Shown: piece after piece, positions 1 through 15,377 of the stretch
Position numbering within the stretch: position 1 is the first letter of the stretch
Layout: every line of letters starts with the position of its first letter
Assembly: GCF_000497125.1 (NCBI RefSeq)
Contig: NC_090600.1
Location: forward strand, 1,199,197-1,263,196
DNA length: 64,000 nt
Direction: 5' to 3'
From: Spironucleus salmonicida
Taxonomy: Eukaryota
Made by a program: the position numbers and the translations under genes
Notes under the pieces: model-generated
Database searches by the model: none
What the model saw: the letters and a program-made list of their open reading frames with translations, nothing else
What the model was told of the DNA's origin: nothing

Positions 1-968
1 TCAGTCTGTTATTACATTTCAATAATACTAGCTTAGTCTTATTTTATTCTTTAAATATCGTCATTAAAATTGGTTTTATATAAATCTTATGATTATTAAA
101 GTAATAAAATCTTCTGATTAATTTGACTAATCATTGTAAAATATTTCTAGTTAGCATTATTGCTATCATTTTATTATAGCTTCAATAACTCTGATCCCTA
201 TTCTATAATTTTATCTTTTTATTTTCTTATAATCTCTACAAGTCTATCTTATTTTTTCTCTAATTGAATCAATCTATCATCATATGATTATTTTAATCCA
301 TCCTATTTATTTTATATAATATGTAAATCAGTATACCTTTTAGTAGTAGAATCCTTGAATAAATTAAAATCAACTTAATATCTATTCTGATTTATTTTTT
401 CAACTTCGTATACTTTTTAGTTTTACTATAGAATCTTTTTCATTATTTTCAGTTTTCCATTCATAGATATAAGTCGCTTAGAAAGAAGAGTATTAGTATT
501 TTCAAGTTTAATATAGTCTTACGCATTAGGATTAACCTAGTTTTATCTTTAATATTAAATTTAATTTTCTAAAATAGATAATCGTCTTAAAATTTCACCA
601 TTATTTTATTGCATATTACTTTATGAAATTTCTTATTTAGGATGAAGAATAGAATTAATTAATGATGCTCTTTGTGCCTGTGATTCTAATAATGCCTCTT
701 AAACCTAAGGATCTAACTATGGAGTTTTCTTGATATTGTAAATATTTTCGTTAGGATTAAGTTATTCAATAGAACTGGCTATAAAAGATTTTAGATAATC
801 ATTTTAATTTCTTTCAGAATGCTTTAATGCCTATTCAACCAACTTTCCCGCTGGAGAACTATGATCAAACATATCTATATGATTTAGATTAGGAGTTTAA
901 TTTTTAGTTTTTATTGGCTTTTTAGGCTGCTAAATGGTAGTTCTTTATACTGATTTGGATTTCTACAT
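1..968 (-). CDS. Hypothetical coiled-coil protein, partial (runs off window start)
   Basis: ATG at 968 (MQKSKSVQRTTIQQPKKP...). Frame reads open with TAR=Gln at both ends, no TGA at the window edge. Q/K/E-rich. Confidence 0.65.
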
Positions 969-1075
969 TTGAAATTTAATAAGTATAGTCATATATTAAT
1001 ATATATTGTATATGGTCGACAATACTTTTTAAATTATCAAATAAATATGCAATGTATATAATAGAATACAAAAAA

Positions 1076-2749
1076 ATGGATCTTGATATTTCTTCATCTA
1101 GTTCTGAATTTTTAAGCATACATCTTATTCTACAAGCCGCTACAAATATTCCTATTAAACTCAATGAATTGGTGCGGTTTCCAACCTTTAAATCACCAAA
1201 GCTTATATTTATAATTCCAATTGAAGAATTTTTGAGAAGAAATTCTATTAAGTAATTCATTTTAAATGAAAATAAGCTACTAAATGGAGCAATATAGGCA
1301 TTTGAGATGAAATTTTCACCAACTTAAGAATCAAAAGAGTTTATAATTTATACAGGACTTCCTATGCGCTTCTAAAATTCAGAATTAGTTGAAATTGAGC
1401 TTAAAAACATAGTATTATTATACAAAGCTAAAATATAAGTCTAAGATTAGTATATTCATTTAACATAATAGTAAAAATTAAATTAAACGACGTTTTATTC
1501 ATCTATGGCTGCGTTTAGTGAAAATCAGATTAATTAATTGACGTCTTTAATTAACGAAACCAACAAAGAAACAATTAAAGCAGAAAGTTAACTTGCCAAT
1601 ATTTATTAGTAGTCACTAAAAGAAGTTTAGTTACGGAGCTAATTTTCTATTAATATGCTAGAATCGATGAAATTAGGATTCTAAAAATAAAAAACTAGAA
1701 TTGAAAAAGTTATTAATTTAGTAGGATTATCTGAATAAGTATATACAGATGATAATTCTACCAGTATTTAATGCGCTACATGCCCTGTTGATTTATTTAA
1801 TGAGAAAACTCTAAACTTTAATCTCAAACTAACTATTGTAAACTAGATAAAAGTTGATAATAATTTCAGTTCAGCTTTATAATAGAATTATATATCATAT
1901 GATTCTGAACAGTTACACTAAGATGCATAGGATTACTTATAATTTTAGAGTGATTAATAATAAGCTGTATATAGAAGTTTAACAGCTAGTTATGCAATTT
2001 AAGAGTTATAAAAAACACTTAATGTTAGTGGTCTTGACTCAGAATCTTTAAAAAAGCGTGCCAAGGAGGAATTAAAATAAAAATTGGAAAGTAGTATGAG
2101 TTAGTCAAGAAATTAATCCCGTAATGAAGAAATTATGCAAAATACATAAAACGAAAGCTAGTTAGAAGTTTCCTAATTATAAAATTTTACTAAAAAATAA
2201 AATATCACAAGGAATAATAGTATTAAAATTGAATCAAATTTCATAAGGAATAATTAAGCTAGTTTAATTTTGAGCGGAGAACACGATACCAAATTATAAC
2301 AGAGAATAAACGTACAGTCTCGTGTTTTATCATTAAATAAAAAAATTAATTATAAACCAGAAATCACGAATTTATAAGACATTCCTCTTGATATTTAATC
2401 TAAGTATAACGAATACTTTACAATTTTATGTTACTAATTTTCAAAGTAAAAGAACGATTCTACTTTAAAACTTCCAATTTTCATTAAACGTAGAAATTAT
2501 AATTCAGGAAATATGTTGGTGGTTCTTTTTAATCAATTGAAAAACAACGACCTGATAGCAATCTTGGTAACAACAGACAACGAATCTATATGTTTCTTAT
2601 GTTATAATAACTTATTTTTAAATCTAGGAACACCAAAAATATCAGTACAGGGAATAGAAAGTGAACTGCTACTTATTAAGGGCAAGACTCTCACATTTGA
2701 AGGAAAATCAGAAACGTACGAAAAAGGTGTTATATTCGATGTCGAGTGA
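1076..2749 (+). CDS. Hypothetical protein (~557 aa)
   Basis: ORF-track fragments 1052-1255 and 2513-2749 share a frame and join when TAA/TAG=Gln. Ends GAG TGA. Start could be 1052. Confidence 0.65.
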
Positions 2750-2933
2750 AATATTATTTAAAGTAATTCTTATAAATAACTTTAAAAATATCAAACTAAT
2801 ATTTCTCTATTTCTTTTAAATGTATAATAAAAATACGAGATTAAATTTTTATGAATTTTATATCTTTCAAGAAATAATTAGTAAATAAATTATATAGACA
2901 TTTAATATCTACTTAATACTACCAATTCACCCC

Positions 2934-3812
2934 TCACTCAATAATTTTCTAAAATTATTCTTCTGTAAAACCAAGTTAAATAGCACCCTATAAATGCAAT
3001 TTTTACCTCTATAATACATCAATCAAATTCTATTATTTCTTTACAATATTCAACAGTTCATCTCTTTCTCTTTCCACAATTTTAACAGTTTCTTCTTTAA
3101 CGTTATCGTATTATTATAACTTAGTATTAAGCTATTTTATAATTTGGTCTTAGTCAGAGAGTTGATTTTTGAGTTTTTCTATTACTTCCTAAGCCTATTT
3201 AAGACGTTTTTCTTTTAGTTCTACCTGTTGAATTCCCTGATTCGCTATTTTTGATGTTCCGTCATTTCTCTTCTACAAATCGCTCAAAATTGCTTCTAAT
3301 TCTTAGTTTCTAAGGCCTTGTTTTTCACTATTTTTAGCACTCATTTCGAGTTGTTTTCGAAATTTCTCACACTGTTATTTCACAGAATTCAACTAATTTT
3401 CTGCGAAAATTTTAACTTCTTTTGCAGTTTTCAACTCAGCTAACGAAGCTTGGTAGTCTATTTAAATCTAATTTTATGTCTTAAGCAGCTGCTAAACGCG
3501 CGTTCTTAAATATTCTAACTCGGCATTTTCGCCCAAATTTTGCAAAATTTCGGGTTCCACTCCCAATTTTCCGAGTTTAGACGCCAGATTAAGTAGTTAT
3601 GATTGTTATTGGTTATTTGGCTATACAGAATTCTTAGATTTCTGCGGGGTAGGTGGTTTCTATGTGATTTGTGGTGTTGGTGGTTTTTCAGAGTGTTAAG
3701 CGGCCTAAATAAGAAGCTCATTTGCATGTTATTAATGTTATTTTATTTAGTCGTTTTTTGACTAGATATCATGTTCAAGTTATTGTAAATAGTCCTCTAA
3801 TGAATTATCCAT
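2934..3812 (-). CDS. TEX9-like coiled-coil (ciliary/basal body) protein, 292 aa
   Basis: MDNSLEDYLQQLEHD... C-terminus KKQQNLIDVLQRQKLHLQGAIQLGFTEEQF resembles the TEX9 family C-terminal motif (recognised from memory). Confidence 0.65.
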
Positions 3813-3870
3813 TGTTAATAAAATTTACCTGCTTTTATTAAATAATATAATAAATCTAAAATAATTTTAT

Positions 3871-4692
3871 ATGATGAAAACCAATAATCATTAATCTGAC
3901 TACTTAGCTATACTAGCTGTTGCATATATCAAGGCACTGATACAGAAAAAACTCAATAATATTTAATATTTAGAATAAGATATTAACTCCTTTTTCAGTT
4001 AAATTTTTCCAAATTAAACAACCTTCGAATCTGCTAAGAAAGATGTTGCACCAAAAATCGCTTATATATCCTAAAATGATCAAATATTTGCGGCTATAGT
4101 TGTCTTGCTACAAAAATTATAAATTAGCACAGTCTAATTCCCACCATAATTTGATTCTCTTTTTTAATGCTCCTAGAATATTGATGAATCCATGCTCTAA
4201 GGTGGTATTGGGCTCATTAGTATGGAGTTATAGCAGATACGGTAAGAGATTCTGAAAGTAAAATAATTTAAACCGTTAGAACTAACGTAGCTAGAAATAA
4301 TTTTTCACACTTAACTAGCTTAGATCGAAAAGGCTCGAACATTTGCAAGAAAGGCCAAAGAAAAAATTTTCTAATAGAAGTAAGAAATAGATAATTTTTC
4401 GAGATAATTCAGTGAAGCATCTGATATGAGTACTCTAGATGGTCTGAAATTTGACAAGCAGGAAGTAAAACAACAATATAATTCGTAAAGTGTTAATTAA
4501 AATTTTAATGAGAATTCACTACATGAAAGAGTAAACACTCTTGAACAATAGCATATTAGCGATTAGTAGTTAATTTAGAGACTTTCAAGCCATTAAAATA
4601 TGTTAGGGGAACTTAATAATGAGATTGTGAGGTTGCGATAAGAGAATAAACTTTTAACCCTTGAAAATAGTATTAAGGAATAGAATAAGTGA
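3871..4692 (+). CDS. Hypothetical coiled-coil protein, 273 aa
   Basis: ATG 3871 to in-frame AAG TGA 4692 with TAR=Gln. Confidence 0.65.
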
Positions 4693-4801
4693 CATAATAT
4701 TCTCACTGTTTATGATTATCTCTAGGTTATTCGATTCGCTTTTTATCAATTTTTGCATATTTAATAGTAATATCAACCATTCTCATAATACTTTTAACTA
4801 G

Positions 4802-5470
4802 TCATTCTTCGTTTATATACAAATATCGTTACTCAGCATATCCTTCTACCATTTTAATAGTTAAACATACTTGAAAGACCATGAATTATAACCTAAAAGC
4901 ATCTCAGTAAGTTTGCGTTACTATTTTATATTATCTCTCATTTTTTCTATAAAATAACTTCTTAGGATTTCATTAGACTACAAGAATGAACTAGATCTAG
5001 CAAAATATTATATTCATCTAAATCCTATTATAATATTATCTTTTCCCCCTTTTATTCTAAATTCTAAGTTATTACATTATTATAAGCAATTAATCATCTA
5101 TGTTGAATTTATAACAATCTTAATTGCTTTAAATCAATAGAACTTCTGCAAAACTTTTATAAGTAGTTGTTTCCCTTTATTGAATAATTGGAATCAATCG
5201 ACGTATTAACTATATATCCTTATTACTGTATGTATTATTCTGTTTAAATAAAAAAATTGGTCTTTATTCTATTTCAAACCTAGCTGGTTATTAATTTATA
5301 TTATCAATAAGCTCAGATTCACTAGACCCAAATTAAATATCATTAAAATTTTATGTGAATAAAACTAGCTTTCTTTGTGGTTATTTTGTTTTTATTATTG
5401 AAAGTTATTGATCATGCTACAATACATGTAACTGTGATATATACTATCTCTGCTCATCAAGTTAAAACAT
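4802..5470 (-). CDS. Hypothetical protein, ~222 aa
   Basis: MFQLDEQRQY...YLYINEE-TGA. Start and stop in frame; no homology recognised. Confidence 0.45.
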
Positions 5471-6805
5471 CCGCAAAACTGGCGTTGGTGAAACAATACT
5501 CTTATTTTATAGACATTATAGACTTATAAGTTTTGAATAGTAGTTTGTGTATGCTCTCAGTATTTGTGTTTATCATTTACTAATAATAGATAGTTTCTAT
5601 TACTTTATTTTAATGTATAAAAGGGGCATATTTAAAATTAATATACATTTTAGTATAATATTACTAATAAATATATGTAGATTTAACTATATTATTTAAA
5701 AGACACATTAATATATTATAATAAATAATAATCAACATCAAATTTCCTATTTAGATTTATCAAAATTACCACGTGTTAGTTCTTATTTTCCTAAAATTCT
5801 AAATAAAAACATAGAAATGTCTTACTATACTAAATTTAACAATGAACCATTACTTTTATCTAGTATTGTATTATTAAAATAGTGGAAAATTTTCATAGTA
5901 TTATTTACTATCAATTTATGTGTGATATTGTAATAGTAAATACACAAATACATATACTAAAACCTTGCTATAATCAATTATTGTTTGATTATAATATTAA
6001 ATCACTTCAATTTAATAGCAAAACATTTTGTTTTACGTTTTAATATAACTAATTCCTCAAAATTTTATCCTTTGAATTAATGTTAATTGAAACTATGCAT
6101 AATTATAGATCTTAAATAAGACTTATACTACGTAAATCTAAGCAGAAAAACTAGTTTTATAATTTAAAAATAAAACTACTGGTGTATATTAATCAAAATT
6201 TCTCATTAAAAATAATAATCTAACAATACTTTAATAAATTCTATATAGTATATACTTTCCACTATTTAATTATATTAACTTTTTTCAAAATAATATTTCT
6301 TATGTTAACAAAAATTATAATTAATATTCATTTAATAGTTTGTAATTGCTATTTCTCAACAAAGATAATGGAGTTTTATAATATCATAAAATCCACCTAC
6401 CAGAAAAATCTTTTATATACAAAAATTAATAAATGGTTATAATTATTAATATAGCAAGCAAGCAAATTTCTATCAACGCAATATGATTAATCCTTGGTGT
6501 CTATATGTGTAATTTAACTTTTACTTTGAGCCATAAAGCTTAATTTATAATTTTTAGATACAATATCGAAGAAAATTAAACTTTTAAAATTATCAAGATA
6601 TAAATAATATTTACATTGGAAATTTAATCTTTTTATTATGGTCCTGCTAAGTTATATATAAAACAGTATAATTTAATTTTATATAGTTATGCCAAAATAT
6701 AAATTAAAATCCTAATTTCCTTTAATAATTAATAAAGCATTTAGTTATAAACTTTGTTGTTTCTATAAGTACAATAAAAGCTTATATAATGTTATAAATT
6801 TTTAA

Positions 6806-7072
6806 ATGAGGACAAAATTTATAAAAAATAGCAGTAAGTTATCTTAAAACGTCGGCAACAGTTACATTGGTATTCCTATTGAAACATGCTTTACTCCATT
6901 AATACCAATCTAAAAAATAAATCAAAAATCAAAAAAATTAACAGATTATTTAAACTGTGAAGAATTACAATAAATAAAAGCTATATCTATATAGTAGCTA
7001 AACTTAACAACTAGCAATGAAGATATTTTTAGTCTTTCCGATTCGTAGTCAAATAGAATTACATAATAATGA
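6806..7072 (+). CDS. Possible small hypothetical protein, 88 aa
   Basis: MRTKFIKNSSKLSQ...RITQQ-TGA. Short and in very AT-rich DNA. Confidence 0.3.
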
Positions 7073-7156
7073 AGAGTAGCATTTGTCTACAAATTGCTAA
7101 ATAATATAAAACAGTGAATCGTTACTAAGATCATTCAGAACCTTAGCTAAAAATGA

Positions 7157-7810
7157 TCAAGCCAACCATTCTTTCCAAAACTGTTTGAAGTCTTTATTTC
7201 CAGGAACAAAATGTCCTCCTTCATGTTCTATATATTTAAAATTAGGAAATTCAAGTCTTAAGGTATGAAATGACTGCTATGATATAGAATTATCAGTTTT
7301 TCCATATATTACTGTAATATCTTACAAAATATCTTGCTAGATAATGTTTTCGATTAATTAAGGTTGCTTTTAAGAATAAATTTTATCATACCACCATGGA
7401 GAAACTAGGCATACTTTAACTTGAATAGCTGACTATTTTAATGCGCATAATAAAGCTGTAGCACCTTATGAGAATGCTATTATATTATCGTAGTTATTTT
7501 TCTGTATCAAATCTATAATAAAATTAACAGACTCTTATAGATGATAAAATCTACGGCCAGATTTGACAGATTAATCTATCTCCCAAACATAATACGCCTT
7601 TGCATTATCTTATATGTCACTTACTGCAGCTGCAACATTAACAGGAGGATCAGATCCAAGGACATATTATCCATTTTCCACAACAACTGTAAATGGAGCA
7701 TCTGGTGAATAATATTCTTACTTTTTATTTAATCTTCTTATACTCCCAAGTCTAGTATAAAAAGATTGTCCATTCTAACCAAATCCATGTAAAAGCAATG
7801 TTTTTTTCAT
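7157..7810 (-). CDS. FSH1/OVCA2-family serine hydrolase, 217 aa
   Basis: MKKTLLLHGFGQNG..., nucleophile elbow AFSQGA (Gln encoded by TAA), C-terminal EHEGGHFVP. Confidence 0.88.
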
Positions 7811-7882
7811 TTTATCAATTTAAAATAGATTATGATATATAAAATCATATTTTAACCACTCCAAAAATTCTCACTTCAAAAA

Positions 7883-10800
7883 ATGCATATTCAGTTTTCG
7901 ATTAAATCATCTCAACACAACAATCGTACACCGCTTTTGAAGATCTCGCCTATTGATGATATAGTAGCAGTTGCATCTAACGCCTCGGTAATAGTATACT
8001 CTGCCGACGGTGGCAAAATAGAGTAAATTGACACGCAAAATCACCCAGTTTTGGACATTGCCTGGTCCTCGGACGGCAGCTATTTAGCTGTTTTAGCACA
8101 GAATTCCAATATCGTCTATTTATGGATGGCGCTCCATAAGCGGCAAACGAAGCTCACGTTGGACGTCAGCGACCCAATTTGCATAGACTGGAGCTACTCG
8201 ACCAAGCAGCTTGCCATAGGAACAGCCTAAGGTCATATGTTTACATACGATGCCTTTTCTTCAGCAAGAGTTCCATTTATGAGCAAGCACCAAAAGCGCC
8301 TTTACTCGATTTGCTACACGCACACATCGGACCATATTGTAACAATTTCACCAGAGTCGCTGAACGTTTCAACCTCTTCTGGAGAAACGATAGGTTATTT
8401 GCGTTAGAAATCTCTTGGATGCATCTTTTTAGGCCGTATTGTGGCATGCCAAATCAAAGGTCCATCCCAGCTTTTTGATGCAGTTTGTGTTCCTGTTTAT
8501 CTTAATGCTGCACTCTCCAAAAAGGCTAAAAATGAAATTTATCCTAACGCATCCTCGATATTCTTATTGATTTTGAACGTCGATAAGGCTGTTCTTGGGG
8601 GAGGTGAGGCCAAAGATATTTACTAATTGCTGAAAGAAGGTAAAAATGGTTATTATGCTACTGAATTATGGACTCAAAATGATGCTGATACCTTATTAGA
8701 CCTCTAATACATGCCAGGGACCGAAACAAACCCTCCTTAGCTTGTATCGTTATTGTCCAGTGGAAATATTTTTAACACGCTATTAGATCATTCTAGACAA
8801 GAGATGAATGTTGTTATGTAGGGAGAAGGCAAATATAAATATGGCACTATTGTTTCTAGAAGAAGTGCAGAGTGTGTTTAAAATTGTTACGCATAATTTT
8901 TGAGTTATTTAGAAGAAATTAATAACCAATATGGTATTGTTGAGAATACCAACGGAAACTAATAGTTTAATTTAGTAGTTTCACGTTCACTTTGTCCTTC
9001 TCGCTCAATTTCAATTCTACAAGTAATCAAAAATTCATCCAAATTCCTAGTTCCATTTGACAAATCAATTAATATTATTGATGTATCATCTGGTTCTAAT
9101 ATAGAAAAAACTTATATGGATTTTACAGGTGGTAAGAATAGTTTAGGAGTAGTCAGCAATTATCCAACCAATATTGTTTTCTCTAACACATCAAATGCTA
9201 TATCGATGTTGTCTTTTTCGAATGGATCTACGATGCTTTTGCTTACTAAATCAGTTTCAGTTCATTTAAAGTAGACTATTGAAGGATGTATTCCCCAACC
9301 AACATCGTTTACAACCGAAAATTATTTATCTTGTAAATACTAAGGTATGCATATTATCAATCAAATTTCGCCAAAATAGTTACTCATTTAAAAGGTTATT
9401 CCATGCCAATTTTCTACACCTGTTATTTCCTAATTTGCGAATGAAATTTCACTTCCATAAGAAGCCCAAAAACTTGCAATTTCATCTGAAGCATTTGGTT
9501 ATGTTAATGGCAACAATATAACTTGGTCATCAATTTCACATGATGAAAATTATAATTTGAACTTGGCTTTCCGTACAGCGCAGTAATTAAACATTCAATA
9601 ATTCTAACTTATTAGTGTCAATAGCTACTAGGTTGCCGCCATTAAAACAAGCGACGGTGGTGTAGCAATGCATGCCGGTGGAGGTGTTAGTGTCATTGTT
9701 GACTTCTAAGGTAACAAAATTCAATAAATCAAGTGTTGTTCTCCGTTACTTTTCACTCTTTCAGACAAGTCTCTTCTTCAGGTTTACAATATTGATGTTG
9801 ATGATGATAAAATCTATTATAATTTGGTTTCTTAGCAATAAATGTCTAATCAGTTCAACTCACAAACTAATTCAAGCGATGTAGAGCTTGAAATCATGCC
9901 TGGAGGTGCGGCTGTAATGATTTACAAGAAGAATACACTTTGTAATCCATAGGTTTACTTACCCGCAGAAGAAATCCTTTTAGATGATATTTTCAGGCAG
10001 CAAATTGCACTTTCTTAAGTACTTTTTGATACTTCGCTTTTGGGTGTTTTTGCTGCCTTCAATTCAACTTCTAAAGGTGATTAATTGTTTGCAAATGAAG
10101 TTTTTACTGGAGCAGTTGCATTTTCAGTTGCGGATTATGAAGGGCCGACAGTGCTTTTCTCCAAGTCATCAGTGCAGTCCAGAGAGACTATGGCGCTGCC
10201 TAATATTCTTTCAAATGGTATAAGTTATACTATTTCTAGCAAAATTGAGGAATCTGATCCGATTCCTGGTCTTGCAAATATTCATCAAGCATTGACTTCC
10301 ATATAGTTGCCATCAAATTAATCATAATAAACATATAATTTCATCAATTATGTCAACCCAATCACTTAAATATAGACTTAAAATGTGTCTATTTTACCAA
10401 CTGATAATTAGGTGTCAATTTAGCTTTTAAATCACTCCCCAGAATTTAAAAAGATGCCCCATCCTTCGTAGATTATTATATTCTCAAGAGCAGCATGTGA
10501 ACTATGCAATTTAGGTCAAACGACATTAGCACTTCATTTTGCTGTGCGACTTTATAACGTCGCATTACTTAAAATAGTTGGAGATTCAGCCCTTAGATTT
10601 GGCGACACTGAAACCGCATAATGTGCTTTTAACGAGCTTAGCTTGATGTAGTAAGTTTACGAAAAATATGACGATGAAATAAAGTAACTATAAGCATTTT
10701 TTGAGGGAAAATAGTAATCTGAAATTTTCAGCTCGCTCCAAATTTGCCAATTTTAGTAAAATCTTTAGAATAATTTTGAACCAGCAGCGATTTCTCTGTT

Positions 10801-13393
10801 TATTTCAAGAATTTGTGCAGAAGAAACTGATGTTAGTACTAGTTTAGCATATTCGTTGTTGATTTCTACACCAGACATGGAGAAGCATCCGAAAGATGCA
10901 GAAAAAACTCTTGATATGGCCGAAAGGCTCTTACTGAGGTCAAATAAACCTTCTTTAGCGTTATCGTTTAGAGTTGATTCTTTAGATTGGGCTACAGCGT
11001 CTGATTTAGCCAAAAAGATATCATCTCCTTATGTTAGAGCTGAAATTTTAATATAACAAGCTGGTGAGCTGGAAAGTAAGAATTTATACTAGGAAGCAGC
11101 AGAAATATGCTTACAAATTGCAAAATCACCAAATTAGAAAGATGCTAGGGTTGAGCTTAGCTCAGTTCCTGCGCATGTTTAGCCGTTGTTTATTGGTGTT
11201 TTGAGCCGTTGTTATGTAAATTAGGGAAAGATAAGCGAGTGTAGAGATTTAGCTTTACCTCCTAAAATTAAGGAAAGATATCAATATAGACCTAGAGACC
11301 CATTAAATATTCTACAAAGAGTACGTTTATGTTATGAATGTGGTGATATTTTATTTGCTTAAAAGCGTTACGTTGATGCTGCTAACTTTTTTGAAGCTGC
11401 AGCTTAGTTAATTGCTACTTGTTTTAATAAATTAAATAAGGAAATTAATATGCTTAATACTGCAGAAGTTTCTTTATATGAAATTGTATTCGGTAGTGCA
11501 GCTGAAAATATGTTACTATTCTAACTAGTATAAGGCTTAAAAATTAAATGTTAGATCAATTATGAGCTTATGGTTAATGATAAGTCCGACCAATATGATA
11601 TTTAGTTATTGCAGTAATTAGATAAAGATGAAACTGAAAATTAGAAAAAAGCTTAAGCAGCCAGTTTGCCATAGAAATTAGGAGATATTGTAGCAAAAAC
11701 TGACCTAAATGAGTTAGATGCTGGCTCTTTACTAAGCAAGGCAGCTAATTGTTATATTAAAGGTAGATAATTCGAAAATGCTGAAGCCCTTATCGAATAT
11801 GTTACTGACAAAAATACTATCGCCGATTTAGCCAGAGTATTTATGCGTGACAATCCTGAAAAAGCTTTGAACCTTTTCAAGAGAGCAGGCAAAAGTTTAG
11901 AAATTGTAGAGTGCTTACTTAGTTTAAAGAAAGTTCCAGAGGCTGAAAGTGCCGTACGAGAAGTAAAGGTACAATTGGATAAATTAGTTGCTGGTAAAAC
12001 TCTAGGCTCAGAAGCTCTTATTATGGATATGGAAAATGAGTTTCGCCAATCATCATTGTTATTAGCTAATTTCTTTAAGCGTGCTAATGCAAGTAAAAAA
12101 GCAGTGTACTACTATATTATGGGTGAAAATTACGATGAAGCATATGAATTAGCCATTGCCACTAAGAACGAAGATATACTTATTAAGTATGTCACAAATA
12201 AAGCACCTTCTGAATTCCTTAAGAAGGCTGCGAAATATTTTGCTTCTCCAGATCCAGATAGTTAGGAGAAGAAGCCAAGGAATATGACAGCTGCTGCAAA
12301 GTTTTTAGAGCTTTCAGGTGCAGTTGATAATGCAATTAAATTACTCTTAAACTATGGTGATGGTTCTTCGGATATTGATAAAGCTATCGATCTTCTTAAA
12401 AATTGCAAGAACATGGTTGATTATGTTCTTAAATATCTTTAGGGTGGTTCTGATGGTGTAAAGAAAAATCCAATTTTTATTTTCAAATTATACCTAGCTC
12501 TAGACAGGCATTAAGATGCGGCTAAGACAGCTTATATTTTAGCTGATAGAGAGATTGAAAACTAGCGCTTTAATAGAGCTAAGAGTATATTACTTACCTG
12601 TATGAATAAACTGAAATAAGCAACTGGTAAGGTGCCTTAAAAATTCAGACAACAACTTATACTTATGCATGCAGTTGATGTAGGTAGAAAATTTGCCAAG
12701 CTTGGTCTACATTAGTAGGCAGGTACTTGCTTATATAGAGCAGCTAGAGTAGCTAGTAGATTTAATGAATCTGCTAGTAATATTCTTATTTCGGCTTGTG
12801 TTGAATGTAGTAGGGCTGGCCCAACGATGTTACTTGAAGCTTATTAGTGTGCATGCGTATTACTTAAAGAATACTAAGATGAAATTCCTGATAAATATAG
12901 AAAGCCTATTGAATTAATCGTTAGAAAACATAAAAAGGATTAAATTTAAGAAAATGTTTCACTAAATTGTTGTCAATGCCAAAGCGAAGTTAAGGCTGGT
13001 AAGCTGGAATGTGATTCATGTTAAGCTGTTCTTCCTCTGGATGCTGCAACAGGGAACTAAATGACATTAAGCGACTATTGTGAATGTCCTTATTGTAACT
13101 GGCAATGTTCTAGATTAGGTCTTTACGAAATATATTCTTAAGATGAAATTAAAGCATATGATACCACTTGCTTGATGTGTAATTAGGTATTTGACCTTAA
13201 GGATTGTTTGGTAGTTGATAATAGCAACTACCAATTAATCAGCAACGGTAAAATGAATTATGATCACTATGAAAATAGGCCATTAATTATTTTTGAAGAT
13301 AGTAATTTAGCAAGGAAAAGATATGAGGAATGGGTTAAGATTTGGTATGCTGAAGAAATTAAAGAAACTAATACGACTGAGAAGTAAGAATGA
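7883..13393 (+). CDS. IFT144: Intraflagellar transport protein IFT144 / WDR19, 1836 aa
   Basis: N-terminal WD40 repeats (LDIAWSSDGSYLAV), central TPR-like helices, C-terminal Zn-ribbon CCQC..CDSC..AATGNQM..CPYC. ORF-track pieces 8441, 10085, 10856 and 11843 are in frame. Confidence 0.88.
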
Positions 13394-13757
13394 CAGGTTT
13401 ATGCTTTTATCTTTATTTGTTTTACGTTTAATGTTGATACATATTATTATTAATATTTATTACGTTCTTAAATTTTTGTTGGTTCATAAAAATAATTCGC
13501 ATAGGATTTCATGTATATAATAGCGACACGATATAATGAATTATTTTTATATTTAGAATCACAGAATGAAATTAGTCATTGGGAGCAAATTATTTTATAT
13601 AATTTACTTTATATTTGAGTTTATAACTTTTCAATTATCATATTGGTTTATGTTACTTAACAATTTATTAATAATATGATACATATTAAAAACATTCTTA
13701 AATGTTATGTGACAATTATGTCTATAAATAATAAAATAAAAATAACCTTTCCCATAA

Positions 13758-15230
13758 ATGAAATTAGGAACATTAATTGGTGTTGTTATGACACTATCTA
13801 ATACTTCTTTAGGAGCTGCAATTCTTTAGCTCCCATTTAGATTTGCTGCACTTGGAGTGCCGTTGGGTATCACATATTGGTTTCTTTCCACCGTATTTTC
13901 ATTATTCTTATTGACATAATTAGCGCGACTAACTCATAAATATAAGGCTAAAAATGTTACAGAATTGATAACCAAAACTGCAGGTAAAAAGGGGATGATT
14001 ATTTTAAGTATAAGTAATACTGGTATGTTTTTTGCTGTTATTACAGTATATATAATCATTGGAGGAGATTACTTAAAAACAATTTGGGTATTAATAAAAC
14101 CTGACGCCCACTGTAGCGCTCCTGATAGCTTCGATACAATATTATGTGAATAATTTAGATAATGTCAAGGTTATAGTAAGAAACTTGATATTTATACAAG
14201 GCTAATAGTCGGTGGGTGCATATTTATGTTAGAAAGCTTCATAGGTGATTTAAGAGTACTTAATACTATCTCATCTGCTGCTGTTGTTATTGTTTTATTT
14301 ACCCTAATTGCGTTGGCATATAGAACCTTCTAATCTATTATAACAAACTAAGTCCCATTTTTGGATACTTATATAAATCCAGAACCTAAAATTCCAGTTA
14401 AACCAAGTTTAATTTATGCATTGACTTCAATACCATCTTTCTTTTAATTATATGGTGCCTAAATGACTATAACCCCAATATATAATGACCTTAAGGAAGA
14501 AAATTATAAAACTGTTAAATGGGGTGCAATAATATCAATAATTCTAACCTCCTTATTGTATTTGCTATTTGGAATATTTGGAATAATTATCTTCTATGGT
14601 CAAAACCAAGGGAGATAATACCATTATGACAATATACTATTAATATTTAGTCCTAATGATATACTTATGACGATAGCGCGAGTATCGTATAGCATAGTTA
14701 TCATTGTATCGTTTCCCGCTATAATTTATGGTATGAGATCAGTAATTATGAGCTGGTTTAATGCAGATCGAACTCTAGACAAAAAAGGAAAATTAATATT
14801 TTATCTTAGTGGGATTATAATTGTTATATTTGCAACTATTTTGGCGATAATAGTCCCCTAAATATCAATAGTTCTGGATTTATTTGGTGCAATATTTGGG
14901 ATATTAATCTTTATCCTAATCCCTCTTTTAATCATTATATACGAAGATAGCTAACCAGACATGATAGATTCCCCTATAGAGGACAAAAATCACGAGAGTC
15001 GACCACGTGTAAGTTCTCTCCCATTAGGGGAAGGCAATTAAGGTTAGTTATAAGACTTGACAATAGAAGATAATAAATCTATAGAATATAAGTCTATTAA
15101 ACCTATTAATAGTAAATACAATATATTTTTATGGTGTGTCTTTGGACTTTTTACTGTTATTGGCTTAAATGGTCTCGGATTTACAATAAACGAAATCATT
15201 TAAATAAAAGAAGAAGTATGTAAACCTTGA
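13758..15230 (+). CDS. Amino acid transporter (Aa_trans / SLC38-like), 490 aa
   Basis: MTLSNTSLGAAILQLPFRFAALG N-terminal signature and many hydrophobic TM segments. Confidence 0.85.
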
Positions 15231-15377
15231 ATGAACTTAACAATAAATTTATATTTTAATGATTTTGGCTATAACATACTTGTATAACTATTAGAATTAA
15301 ATTTACTAACAAATATGAAATCATTACCATTACGAAATAACTTATTTATTATTATATTTAATTTAATTTGTACTTAA

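Noticed and set aside
5580-6800. Long TGA-free frames in very AT-rich DNA
   Set aside because: With a single stop codon such frames arise by chance. No consistent start/stop or protein-like composition was found, and no convincing intron signals.
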